Positions 27,066 through 35,083 of a DNA stretch of 56,328 nt are shown here, piece by piece. A program made the position numbers and the translations under genes. This DNA comes from a virus. Lineage: Duplodnaviria; Caudoviricetes. The notes below the pieces were generated by a model. The model searched no databases, was not told where the DNA came from, and was given only the letters and a program-made list of their open reading frames with translations. Location of the stretch: positions 1 to 56,328 of the IMG/VR virus record IMGVR_UViG_3300008448_000099. The stretch is one strand, 5' to 3'. Position 1 is the first letter of the stretch. The number at the start of each line of letters is the position of its first letter.

Positions 27066-27409
27066 TTGAAATAACTTTACCTTGGCCACCATCGGTTAAT
27101 CATTATTGGCGTATGTGGCAAGGACGCATGGTGATTGGGACAAAAGGCCGTGAGTATCGAAAGGCCGTATCCGATCTAGTCATGATCCATAAAGGAACCC
27201 GGTCAATAGAGGGCAAGGTCAAGATGACGATTGAGGCATTCAGGCCGGACAACCGCAGGCGTGACCTTGACAACCTCTTGAAGGCGGTCTTGGATGCTTT
27301 AGGTAGTGCCGGCGTGTATCACGATGACTCATTGGTAGTGGATCTAAGGATTTATTGGGCACCGGAAATCGGTGGGATGTTGAAGGTGAAGATAGAGGAG
27401 AACAAGTGA
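27056..27409 (+). CDS. rusA: RusA-family Holliday junction resolvase
   Basis: 'LPWPPSVNHYWR' and 'PDNRRRDLDNLLKAVLDAL..AGV..DDS'. Confidence 0.9.
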   Translation: MEMIEITLPWPPSVNHYWRMWQGRMVIGTKGREYRKAVSDLVMIHKGTRSIEGKVKMTIEAFRPDNRRRDLDNLLKAVLDALGSAGVYHDDSLVVDLRIYWAPEIGGMLKVKIEENK

Positions 27410-27609
27410 AGCGAACGCATTGTTGGGCAATCAAGATTAACCGTGGCGGCTTTGTGAATTTTCAGCCGACCCATTATTGGGAAGCCGATCGAACCATGCT
27501 CTTCCGCACTCAGAAGCAGGCAAAGGCGTGGTTGGCAAGCAATCGGTTCTGGGCGTTAAAGGGAACCGTGGTCAAGGTAACCGTTATGGTCAAGGAGTAC
27601 GCCGAATGA
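27406..27609 (+). CDS. Hypothetical protein
   Basis: GTGA overlap with rusA and a GAGGAG RBS. Confidence 0.55.
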   Translation: MKRTHCWAIKINRGGFVNFQPTHYWEADRTMLFRTQKQAKAWLASNRFWALKGTVVKVTVMVKEYAE

Positions 27610-27944
27610 GCGACAGAAAAGAGCGCGACCCACATAAGGCGGTTGACTACATCATTGCTAACGCTAAGAAGTTTGCTAAGGCTAAAGCTGAGCGTGTTTA
27701 CCTTGAGGAGTTTCGTAAGTCATTAAAGGCGATTCTGATGAAGCGAAGCCTTGAGGAGACGATCGGGGCTCAGGAGCGTGAAGCATATGCGAACGAGGAA
27801 TACAAAAGCCTGCTAGAGGGTCTAAGAGATGCAATTGAGATAGAAGAAAGTTTGCGGTGGGATCTGATTGCAGCTCAGGCTCGAGTGGAGATCTGGCGTA
27901 GCGAACAGGCAAACCTGAGGGTGGAGGGCAAAGTCACGCTATGA
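27606..27944 (+). CDS. Helical hypothetical protein (possibly recombination-mediator-like)
   Basis: AAGGAG RBS and ATGA overlap. All-helical coiled coil. Confidence 0.6.
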   Translation: MSDRKERDPHKAVDYIIANAKKFAKAKAERVYLEEFRKSLKAILMKRSLEETIGAQEREAYANEEYKSLLEGLRDAIEIEESLRWDLIAAQARVEIWRSEQANLRVEGKVTL

Positions 27945-28165
27945 CGCAGCCGGTCATCAAGGAGGGGGATTGGGTCTTGGTATGCGAGACCGGAGAGAAG
28001 GGGCAAGTCATCGAAGTATTTGATGAAGGAGAACGCTTCCTCTTAAACATCCCCCAGACCAAAGGATGGCCGTACCCCAAAAGGGTTCATGTGATGATTG
28101 AAAAGCTCAGAAAAATAAAAGCACCAAAGTTAGAGCCGTTATGGAAACAGGAAAGTTTATTTTGA
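27941..28165 (+). CDS. Small SH3/KOW-like hypothetical protein
   Basis: 'IKEGDWVLV..TGEKGQVIEV' pattern. Confidence 0.55.
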   Translation: MTQPVIKEGDWVLVCETGEKGQVIEVFDEGERFLLNIPQTKGWPYPKRVHVMIEKLRKIKAPKLEPLWKQESLF

Positions 28166-28175
28166 GGAGGCCAAT

Positions 28176-28379
28176 ATGAAAGACTTAATTGATTTCAAGA
28201 AGATTTGGGAGCGGATAGTAAACCAATGGAAGGAATCGTTTGGATGGTTTTTGGTAGTGGGGCTTGCGTTTGTTTTTGGGATGGCATGGCAGACAAAACA
28301 GATCACGGATGATTGCAAGATTATTGGATCGTTTAGGGATGCAACGCAGGCGTATTCATGTCAAGTACGAGTTCGATAG
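28176..28379 (+). CDS. Small single-TM protein
   Basis: GAGGAGG RBS and a hydrophobic segment. Confidence 0.6.
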   Translation: MKDLIDFKKIWERIVNQWKESFGWFLVVGLAFVFGMAWQTKQITDDCKIIGSFRDATQAYSCQVRVR

Positions 28380-28387
28380 GAGAAGCC

Positions 28388-28579
28388 ATGAGCTCAATTG
28401 TTCAAGATGTGCCTGATTTAAGCAGTCATGTTGTGTCGCTAAACAGACTAATTATGGAGTTAAACAGGGAAACCCGGCAGACCTATATGCCGAACTACGC
28501 CCGAATCATCGATATAGCCTCGCAGATGAAGATGCACGCATCGCTTGTTGAAAACATGATGAAGAGGGAACAGAAATGA
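28388..28579 (+). CDS. Hypothetical protein
   Basis: AGGAG RBS before ATG 28388. Confidence 0.55.
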   Translation: MSSIVQDVPDLSSHVVSLNRLIMELNRETRQTYMPNYARIIDIASQMKMHASLVENMMKREQK

Positions 28580-28905
28580 AAAAGATTCTAGTTGCGTTAC
28601 TGATGGTTCCCGCTATGGCTCATGCGGAGTTCGTAAGCGGAAACGACCTTCTCTCACGGCTAAAGAGCAATGAGTACATGGACAAGATGTACGGGCTTGG
28701 CTATGTCTTGGGCGTATTCGATGCCGGTCAGCACATTAGACATTGCGCTCCAAATGGCAGCGGTATCAATGCCGGTCAAATTCAAGACATGGTTCAACAG
28801 TACCTTGAGCAAAACCCATCGCTACGGAACATGGCCGCCGATCTTTTGGTGACTGACGCAATCCGTCGAGTGTGGCCATGTAAGAGCAAAGGCAAGGGAG
28901 CGTAA
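28576..28905 (+). CDS. Exported Rap1a/Tai-like immunity-family protein
   Basis: Signal peptide (MKKILVALLMVPAMAHA), then 'SGNDLL', 'GYVLGVFD', 'C.P', 'V.QYL..NP..R...A..LV..A....WPC'. Confidence 0.72.
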   Translation: MKKILVALLMVPAMAHAEFVSGNDLLSRLKSNEYMDKMYGLGYVLGVFDAGQHIRHCAPNGSGINAGQIQDMVQQYLEQNPSLRNMAADLLVTDAIRRVWPCKSKGKGA

Positions 28906-29117
28906 TGGCAAGAGGTAAGAGTCAAGTCTATGACATGGTTAAAGAAGCAGGGCTCAAGGTTCTTGGCACCAAGTTCTGCTTTAGTTGTCAGCGCCATCGA
29001 CCTGTGGAGACCGGCAAGCAGATGCAACGCAAGGGCAGTAGTGTATGGAGATGCGGTGAGTGTGCGAAGCGGATGAATGCTATGGGGTTCAAAAAGAATA
29101 AGGAGATCGCAGAATGA
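28905..29117 (+). CDS. Small zinc-ribbon protein
   Basis: CFSC...CGEC. Confidence 0.6.
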   Translation: MARGKSQVYDMVKEAGLKVLGTKFCFSCQRHRPVETGKQMQRKGSSVWRCGECAKRMNAMGFKKNKEIAE

Positions 29118-29326
29118 AATATGTATTAGCGTTTTGCACGATCGCAACAATTATTTTGCTAGTTATGCACCGCATGGATCAGCGGTATGCGGAGGGGTTT
29201 GCTGCCGGTCAGAAAGTGGTTCTGAGCACTCAGCCGCCATCAGAAGCTCTTGAGGTTGCCTGCGTGTCATTGTGGGCAGGCAGTCAGAATAAGAAGTATG
29301 TGGACAAGGAATTCAACGCTAAATGA
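29114..29326 (+). CDS. Small N-terminal TM protein
   Basis: AAGGAG RBS and a hydrophobic N-terminus. Confidence 0.55.
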   Translation: MKYVLAFCTIATIILLVMHRMDQRYAEGFAAGQKVVLSTQPPSEALEVACVSLWAGSQNKKYVDKEFNAK

Positions 29327-30606
29327 AATATCTCTCTGTCTGCAGCGGGATTGAGGCGGCCACATCTGCTTGGCACCACATGGGTTGGGAGCCTGTGGCC
29401 TTCTCAGAGATTGAGCCCTTCCCATCCGCGGTGCTGAAGCACCACTACCCCAATGTCCCGAATGTCGGGGATATGACCAAATTTAAGGAGTGGAATCTTG
29501 GAACAATTGACCTTCTTGTCGGAGGAACCCCCTGTCAATCCTTCTCTGTCGCCGGACTCAGAAAAGGATTGGACGACCCGCGTGGTAACCTCATGCTTAC
29601 CTTTGGTGCCATTGCTCGCCACTTCTCTCCCCGTTGGTTGGTTTGGGAAAATGTCCCTGGGGTCTTGTCGTCTAACGGAGGACGGGACTTTGGTACCTTC
29701 CTCGGAATGTTGGGAGAACTCGGGTATGGGTTCGCCTACAGAGTTCTTGACGCTCAGTACTTCGGAGTGGCACAAAGACGCCGCCGTGTGTTCGTTGTCG
29801 GATGTCTTGGAAACTGGCGAGATGCCGCAGCGGTTCTTTTTGAGCTCGCAAGCCTGTCAGGGAATCCTCCGCCGAGCCGAGAAGCGCGGAAAGTCACTCC
29901 CACCCTCTCTGCATCAGGCACTGGCGTCAGTCGTGTCGGGTTCAACTGCGAAGACGAATGGTTCATCCCCCAACGACCCCAATGGTGGGACGGAGGAGAT
30001 AGCGCAGCAAGCCTGACCACTCGATGCCACGATCAGTCCATGCCGGATAAGGGCAACTTTGCGGCGGTAGTTCAGCCGATCCCGTTCAGGAAGTCCAAGC
30101 GGGCTCAGAGCGTGGATGACGACGAGTCTTGGGTAGATGGGGAGGTGGCCAACACCATCAACCTATTCGACCAGGGAGATACCCGCACGACCCATGCCGT
30201 GGTCCAGCCGGTAGCCTTCTCATCAAACATGAGCGTACCGGACTGCTCTGAAGACCTATCCCCGACCCTGAAGCTAGGCGGCCATGGCGGGGCAAACCCG
30301 CCGGCAATCGCCGCTCCAACATTGACTGCAAGTAATGATCCAAGCCGGAGCCCACAATCATCTGAAGTAACTCAACAAGTTGGCGCGGTTTACCAAGCAT
30401 CAATGGCCGTCCGAAGACTTACCCCCGTGGAGTGCGAGCGTCTACAGGGCTTTCCTGACAACCATACCTTGATCCCCTGGCGGGGCAAGGACGCCTCCGA
30501 ATGCCCGGATGGGCCACGGTACAAGGCTTTAGGTAACTCAATGGCTGTCCCGGTCATGCGTTGGATCGGGGAGCGGATAAGGATGATTGATGAACTACCG
30601 AAATAA
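29323..30606 (+). CDS. C5 cytosine DNA methyltransferase
   Basis: Motif I 'SVCSGI', IV 'GGTPCQSFS', VI 'ENV', VIII 'QRRRRVF', IX 'RRLTPVECERLQGFPD' and X 'GNSMAV'. Confidence 0.93.
   Translation: MKYLSVCSGIEAATSAWHHMGWEPVAFSEIEPFPSAVLKHHYPNVPNVGDMTKFKEWNLGTIDLLVGGTPCQSFSVAGLRKGLDDPRGNLMLTFGAIARHFSPRWLVWENVPGVLSSNGGRDFGTFLGMLGELGYGFAYRVLDAQYFGVAQRRRRVFVVGCLGNWRDAAAVLFELASLSGNPPPSREARKVTPTLSASGTGVSRVGFNCEDEWFIPQRPQWWDGGDSAASLTTRCHDQSMPDKGNFAAVVQPIPFRKSKRAQSVDDDESWVDGEVANTINLFDQGDTRTTHAVVQPVAFSSNMSVPDCSEDLSPTLKLGGHGGANPPAIAAPTLTASNDPSRSPQSSEVTQQVGAVYQASMAVRRLTPVECERLQGFPDNHTLIPWRGKDASECPDGPRYKALGNSMAVPVMRWIGERIRMIDELPK
29498..30016 (+). CDS. Nested alternative-frame gene in the MTase (M.EcoHK31I beta-subunit-like)
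   Basis: AAGGAG lies 7 nt before TTG 29498. The 172-aa open frame contains 'SLSDVLE...PQRFFLS..ACQGILRRAEKRGK.LP..L..AL'. Confidence 0.65.
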   Translation: MEQLTFLSEEPPVNPSLSPDSEKDWTTRVVTSCLPLVPLLATSLPVGWFGKMSLGSCRLTEDGTLVPSSECWENSGMGSPTEFLTLSTSEWHKDAAVCSLSDVLETGEMPQRFFLSSQACQGILRRAEKRGKSLPPSLHQALASVVSGSTAKTNGSSPNDPNGGTEEIAQQA

Positions 30607-30886
30607 AGCCCTCCTTGAGGTTGTCCGGGAGGCTCCCTGTCAGCTATGCGGGGCTGAGGATGGGACGGTTGTGGCCGCCCATAGCAACCAGCAGAGGGAC
30701 GGGAAGGGCACGGGGATCAAGGCGCACGACTACCGGATAGCCGCCCTCTGTTATTCCTGCCATATGCAGTTGGATCAGGGGTCGAAGATGTCCAAGGAGG
30801 ATCGGGTCGACATATGGGAGATAGCGCACCGCAAGACGGTGGGGTGGCTCTTTGAGACGGGACGGCTAAAAGTAATACCTGAGTAA
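30587..30886 (+). CDS. Zn-binding HNH-like putative nuclease (YbcO/DUF1364-like)
   Basis: 'CQLC...TVVAAH...GKG.G.KA.D...AALC..CH...D'. Confidence 0.7.
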   Translation: MMNYRNKALLEVVREAPCQLCGAEDGTVVAAHSNQQRDGKGTGIKAHDYRIAALCYSCHMQLDQGSKMSKEDRVDIWEIAHRKTVGWLFETGRLKVIPE

Positions 30887-30923
30887 AACTTAGGGGGTAT
30901 TGTGAAAAAGATGAAAAAACCCC

Positions 30924-30952
30924 TTGCGAGAGATTTAAGTAGGACTTACATT
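30924..30952 (+). promoter_or_regulatory. Sigma70-type promoter for the small-gene cluster
   Basis: TTGCGA-17 nt-TACATT with an A-rich UP-like tract upstream and a short hairpin (ggtca/tgacc) downstream. Confidence 0.65.
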
Positions 30953-30997
30953 ATCACTACGGTCAGCGTGACCGGTTAGGAAAGAAAAGGAAAGCAA

Positions 30998-31291
30998 ATG
31001 AAAAACGACATCATCACTACCGACATCGATCGCTTAGGCATTCTGCTTGCTGAGATCGATCGCCTGACCAAAGAGGCAGACACCATCAAGGATGCTCTCA
31101 AGGATTCCGCAACCCTTCCCAACGCATCCAAAGAGTTTGTTGGCAATCTGTTCAAAGCCACGGTCATCGAAACAAATCGCAAGACTACCGACTACAAGGC
31201 ATTGATTGACGATCTCAAGATCGCATCTGATGTGGTTGCCAAGTACACCAAAACAAGTGCCGTGTTTTCTGTTAAGACTACTTCACGCTAA
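30998..31291 (+). CDS. Hypothetical early-type protein
   Basis: First gene after the promoter, with a purine-rich leader. Confidence 0.7.
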   Translation: MKNDIITTDIDRLGILLAEIDRLTKEADTIKDALKDSATLPNASKEFVGNLFKATVIETNRKTTDYKALIDDLKIASDVVAKYTKTSAVFSVKTTSR

Positions 31292-31298
31292 GGAGATG

Positions 31299-31715
31299 AT
31301 GATGAACCTCACGATTAAATCACTCAAGACTTGGTACACCCCCGATGGCGGCGGTTATCACTTCAACCTTTACAAGGACGGCAAGAAGATTGCCTTTGTC
31401 TTCAATGAGGGCAACGGCGGTATGGTGAGCATCACTTGGGACTCATGCAAGGAAGAGGTTATGGAGTATGTGAAGAGTCTTCCTGAGATTACCTTGGGTG
31501 AGTACAAGATTGGTATGACGGTAGATATTCTGATGGATGAACTTGTGTCTAATTATGAGTTGGAAAAGAAGATGGCAAGGTATCGCAAGAAAGGGATTCT
31601 CTTCCGTTTGTTGTCAGATCCGGAGAATTCTTTCCGTACCATCAAGACATTGGATCTGAATGTAGCAAAGGATTTCTTGGATAAGAAGCACCCCAACTCT
31701 TACATTTTAATTTGA
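31299..31715 (+). CDS. Hypothetical protein
   Basis: AAGGAG RBS before the ATG cluster at 31296-31302. Confidence 0.65.
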   Translation: MMNLTIKSLKTWYTPDGGGYHFNLYKDGKKIAFVFNEGNGGMVSITWDSCKEEVMEYVKSLPEITLGEYKIGMTVDILMDELVSNYELEKKMARYRKKGILFRLLSDPENSFRTIKTLDLNVAKDFLDKKHPNSYILI

Positions 31716-31722
31716 GGTCAAT

Positions 31723-31878
31723 ATGAGCAAAGGATGGATTGTTGTGAAGTTCGATGGGTCAACTAAGGCAACGGTTGTGGAAACCTTTGAGGAGAAGTGT
31801 GAGGCGCAGGACAAGGCGGTAGAACTGAACCTGACCGCTCCTGAGGGAGTTACCTACGGATGGGAGATGAACAAATGA
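31723..31878 (+). CDS. 51-aa hypothetical protein (not in ORF track)
   Basis: GAGG RBS. MSKGWIVVKFDG..., with an ATGA overlap to the next gene. Confidence 0.6.
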   Translation: MSKGWIVVKFDGSTKATVVETFEEKCEAQDKAVELNLTAPEGVTYGWEMNK

Positions 31879-32090
31879 GCAATATCATCAAGATGCGTAC
31901 ATCGATGCGCCGCCCCGCTGACTTCCATCAGGCGGCAAATGTCATGGCTAACGGTCACCTTGGCGGGTTTGCGGAGTCCTTGGCATTGACTTGGTTTCGG
32001 GCAGACTCAGAGAATAAGGACAAGATCCAAGCCAATTGGCCTGACCTCTTCATTCGGGCTTTTGAGATATTTGAAGGACAAAAGAAATGA
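31875..32090 (+). CDS. Hypothetical protein
   Basis: 'GGFAESLA..WFRADSENK.KI...WPDLF' motif, coupled to its neighbours. Confidence 0.65.
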   Translation: MSNIIKMRTSMRRPADFHQAANVMANGHLGGFAESLALTWFRADSENKDKIQANWPDLFIRAFEIFEGQKK

Positions 32091-32305
32091 TCCTTGCGTA
32101 CTGTGATTACATCGCCCACATCATCCAAAAGAACCTCAAGCGTAACGATCTTGAGGGGATGATCGATAGCGTGGGAAAGGTTAACTTCGACTTAAACGAT
32201 GACGGCTCATACCGTTCGACCAAAAAGGTTATTAGCGTGGTTGATAAGCACGGTACGGGGTACACAATTACAATTGAGGAGAACAGAAATGAGCATCCAA
32301 TTTAG
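32087..32305 (+). CDS. Hypothetical protein
   Basis: ATGA overlap with an AAGGA RBS. Confidence 0.6.
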   Translation: MILAYCDYIAHIIQKNLKRNDLEGMIDSVGKVNFDLNDDGSYRSTKKVISVVDKHGTGYTITIEENRNEHPI

Positions 32306-32510
32306 TCCGGGCAAGCCTTCGGAGCAGGAGCTTTTAGATCAGGCGGCGGGCGTAGGCTTAGACTTTGAGAAGGACTCAATGGAGGCGTTTTGGTTCGTTA
32401 CCTTCTGCAATCAGTTGTGGGTTCACGGGTATGTGGATGGCATGGACGGAATGCGTAAGGCAACCGCAGAGACATTAGAAAGATACAGAACCGAATCATT
32501 ACCGAACTGA
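32289..32510 (+). CDS. Hypothetical protein
   Basis: GAGGAG RBS before ATG 32289. Confidence 0.55.
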   Translation: MSIQFSPGKPSEQELLDQAAGVGLDFEKDSMEAFWFVTFCNQLWVHGYVDGMDGMRKATAETLERYRTESLPN

Positions 32511-32526
32511 AACCGATTCGGTTTTA

Positions 32527-32785
32527 AGGGTGAACCGGAGCACCCCAAGACTCCGGTACCAATACGCATAGGGGCAAGGTCTCTAACCGTATGGGGCGGT
32601 AACAGGATGAAGCACGGCAACGTGGGGTTCGCTTGTTGTACACACCCGCCCCACCAAGTCACCCTAATTCACCAAAATTAGGGAGAAAGTTAAGGGAGGC
32701 GTTAAGCAGGCAGCAGAGGATACGGGACGCCGGGGTTTTTCCTGCTTTCCACCCGGCCACGCTGAACCGTCAAATCTGGTCTCCC
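32527..32785 (+). ncRNA. Candidate structured non-coding RNA cluster
   Basis: Intergenic region of about 290 nt packed with complementary stems, including two 7-bp helices each followed by ACCA, a GCAA tetraloop and a 7-bp pseudoknot. Confidence 0.55.
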
Positions 32786-32801
32786 GCCTGAGAGAGGATG
32801 A

Positions 32802-33002
32802 ATGCAATACTTGCTAAACCCAAGAAAGAGGATCTCAGCCGCCCACCTATGGTTAGGGGAAGACACCGCCTGTAGGATGTACTCGACGGGAGGGCTCAGA
32901 CCTGAAAGGCAGAAGATCTTCGATAGTCCGATGGGAAAGAAGATATGCCTGATGTGCTCTAACAGTATTGGGAGAGTGGCACAAAAGCCTGATAGCGATT
33001 AG
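32802..33002 (+). CDS. Small Cys/His (Zn-binding) protein
   Basis: GAGGA RBS. H...C...CLMC. Confidence 0.55.
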   Translation: MQYLLNPRKRISAAHLWLGEDTACRMYSTGGLRPERQKIFDSPMGKKICLMCSNSIGRVAQKPDSD

Positions 33003-33038
33003 ACTTGACCTATCATCCATTCGACTGGACTAAGGGTC

Positions 33039-33602
33039 ATGCCTGAAACTCGAACCAAACGAAAGCCAACCGAAACCGAATCGGTTCTTCCCCAAGAAGA
33101 GCAAGCCGCCCAAAAGCCAAAACACCCCGGCGGCCGCCCATCAGACTTCACAGAAGACCTAGCCGCAGAGATATGTGCAAGGATCTCCACAGGAGAGCCA
33201 TTAGTACGGATATGCCGTGACGACCATATGCCTCATGTAGTGACAGTCTATCGTTGGCTGTCCCGAATTACAGAGTTTCGCAATATGTACACACAAGCCA
33301 AGGAAGAGCAGGCAGATACCTTGGCGGAAGAGATACAGGACATTGCTGATCAGATGCCCATGGAGGTGACTGATAAGGATGGGAATACCAAGTTCGATCC
33401 CGCCTACATCAATTGGATGCGCTTGAGGGTGGATGCCCGGAAGTGGACGGCGTCGAAGTTAAAGCCGCGCAAGTACGGCGATCGAGTTGAGTTGGCCGGA
33501 GACAAGGACAACCCCCTGAAGATTGAGGCGGCCATTGAAGCGAAGGGGCTCTTTGACTCCCTCTTGCAGAACATGGAACTGAAGAAGCAGGTAGCCAAGT
33601 AA
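33039..33602 (+). CDS. terS: Terminase small subunit
   Basis: 'GGRPSDFT..LA..IC.RI..GE.L..IC....MP...TVYRWL' HTH and 'RKW.ASKL.PRKYGD'. Immediately upstream of terL. Confidence 0.88.
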   Translation: MPETRTKRKPTETESVLPQEEQAAQKPKHPGGRPSDFTEDLAAEICARISTGEPLVRICRDDHMPHVVTVYRWLSRITEFRNMYTQAKEEQADTLAEEIQDIADQMPMEVTDKDGNTKFDPAYINWMRLRVDARKWTASKLKPRKYGDRVELAGDKDNPLKIEAAIEAKGLFDSLLQNMELKKQVAK

Positions 33603-35024
33603 TTGGATGACCTAGTTGAGATCCTTAAAGATCCGGAAACTCAGGCCAAGTTTGCAACCCTCAAGCCTGAGGATCAGGTCGCCTGGGCTTGGAGGGCTAA
33701 CTGGATCACTAAGGCGCATCGCCACCAGGTTGTCCCGGCTGGGGATTGGTGGACGATATGGCTCATGCTCGCCGGTCGCGGTGCCGGCAAAACCCGGACT
33801 GCTGCGGAGCAGGTGGGGTGGTGGGCGTGGCAGGAACCGGGCACTCGCTGGCTGGTGGGAGCACCAACAAGCTCAGATGTCCGTGCCACTTGTTTTGAGG
33901 GAGACTCAGGGCTCCTATCAGTTATACCCGGTTCACTTGTGGCAGATTACAACCGAGCCTTCCACGAGCTTAAATTGACCAACGGCTCCCTGATCAAGGG
34001 CATCCCAGCCTCAGAACCGGAGCGCTTCCGGGGGCCACAGTTCCACGGGGCATGGCTTGATGAGTTGGCGGCATGGGACTACCTCGACGAGGCGTGGGAT
34101 CAGATCATGTTCGGTGTCCGTCTTGGCCAGAAGACCCGGATCATCTGCACGACTACGCCTAAGCCGCGAGACCTAATCATCGACTTGGTTGGCCGGGAGG
34201 GTGACGATGTCGTCCTGACCACGGCCTCAACCTATGACAACCTCGCCAACCTAGCGCCGTCCTTTCAGAAGCAGATCTTGCAGTATGAGGGCACCAAGCT
34301 TGGCCGGCAGGAGATCTACGCTGAGATCATCGACCCTGAGGAGTCAGGGATCGTCAAGCGGGATATGTTCAGGCTTTGGCCGCACGACAAGGCTTTCCCG
34401 AAGTTTGAGTACATCATTCAGTCCTATGACTGCGCCTACACAGAGAAGACCATCAACGACCCCACGGCCTGTATCACCTGGGGCGTCTTTAAGCCGGTAG
34501 ACGGTCCAATGTCGGTCATGGTCATCGACTGCTGGCAAGACCGCCTTCAGTACCCTGACCTGCGGCCTAAGGTCATTGAGGAGTACGACACCGTCTTCGG
34601 TGAGGGCAAGGAAAGAAAGCGCGTTGACCTGATCCTCGTTGAAGATAAGTCAGCCGGCATCAGCCTGATCCAAGACCTACAGAGGGCGCACCTGCCTGTC
34701 CGGGCTTACAACCCCGGCAATGCCGATAAGGTCCAGCGCCTGAACATCGTCTCTAACATCATCGCCCGTGGCCGGGTGTGGATTCCTGAGAGCTCAGTTC
34801 GGAAGGGTTATGTCCGGGATTGGGCTGAACCCTTTGTCTCGCAGATCTGCTCCTTCCCTGAGTCGACCCATGACGACTTCGTCGATGCTTGTACCCAAGC
34901 GCTGCGGTTCCTGAGAGACGCCGGATGGTTAGAGATCGATCCCCCACCGCGGGATGATTACGACGAGGAAGATGTGATTGATTCAGGGCTTCGGTCTCGC
35001 CGGGAGAATCCTTATGCGGTCTGA
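33603..35024 (+). CDS. terL: Terminase large subunit
   Basis: Walker A 'AGRGAGKT', Walker B 'WLDE', 'TTTP', and RNase H-like nuclease acidic motifs ('SYD', 'VEDK', 'HDDFVDA'). Confidence 0.95.
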   Translation: MDDLVEILKDPETQAKFATLKPEDQVAWAWRANWITKAHRHQVVPAGDWWTIWLMLAGRGAGKTRTAAEQVGWWAWQEPGTRWLVGAPTSSDVRATCFEGDSGLLSVIPGSLVADYNRAFHELKLTNGSLIKGIPASEPERFRGPQFHGAWLDELAAWDYLDEAWDQIMFGVRLGQKTRIICTTTPKPRDLIIDLVGREGDDVVLTTASTYDNLANLAPSFQKQILQYEGTKLGRQEIYAEIIDPEESGIVKRDMFRLWPHDKAFPKFEYIIQSYDCAYTEKTINDPTACITWGVFKPVDGPMSVMVIDCWQDRLQYPDLRPKVIEEYDTVFGEGKERKRVDLILVEDKSAGISLIQDLQRAHLPVRAYNPGNADKVQRLNIVSNIIARGRVWIPESSVRKGYVRDWAEPFVSQICSFPESTHDDFVDACTQALRFLRDAGWLEIDPPPRDDYDEEDVIDSGLRSRRENPYAV

Positions 35025-35083
35025 GTGGCAAGGCTTATTCATAGCAACGACAATGACGAAACCACGGTCAAAGGGCTATTGAT

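Noticed and set aside
32593-32656. Possible canonical tRNA (GGGGCGG...CCGCCCCACCA)
   Set aside because: It is only 64 nt, with no TpsiC, D or anticodon arms. Reported as a tRNA-like helix instead.
32736-32750. Pyrimidine loop as antisense to the ggaaagca leader of ORF 30998
   Set aside because: The match is only 8 nt, and the same bases are better explained by the local pseudoknot.
33005-33033. TTGACC upstream of terS as a sigma70 -35
   Set aside because: No convincing -10 at 16-18 nt spacing.
35026-35054. TGGCAA-17-GACAAT before the 1508-aa gene
   Set aside because: It is plausible but deviates at key positions of both boxes, so it is too weak to call.
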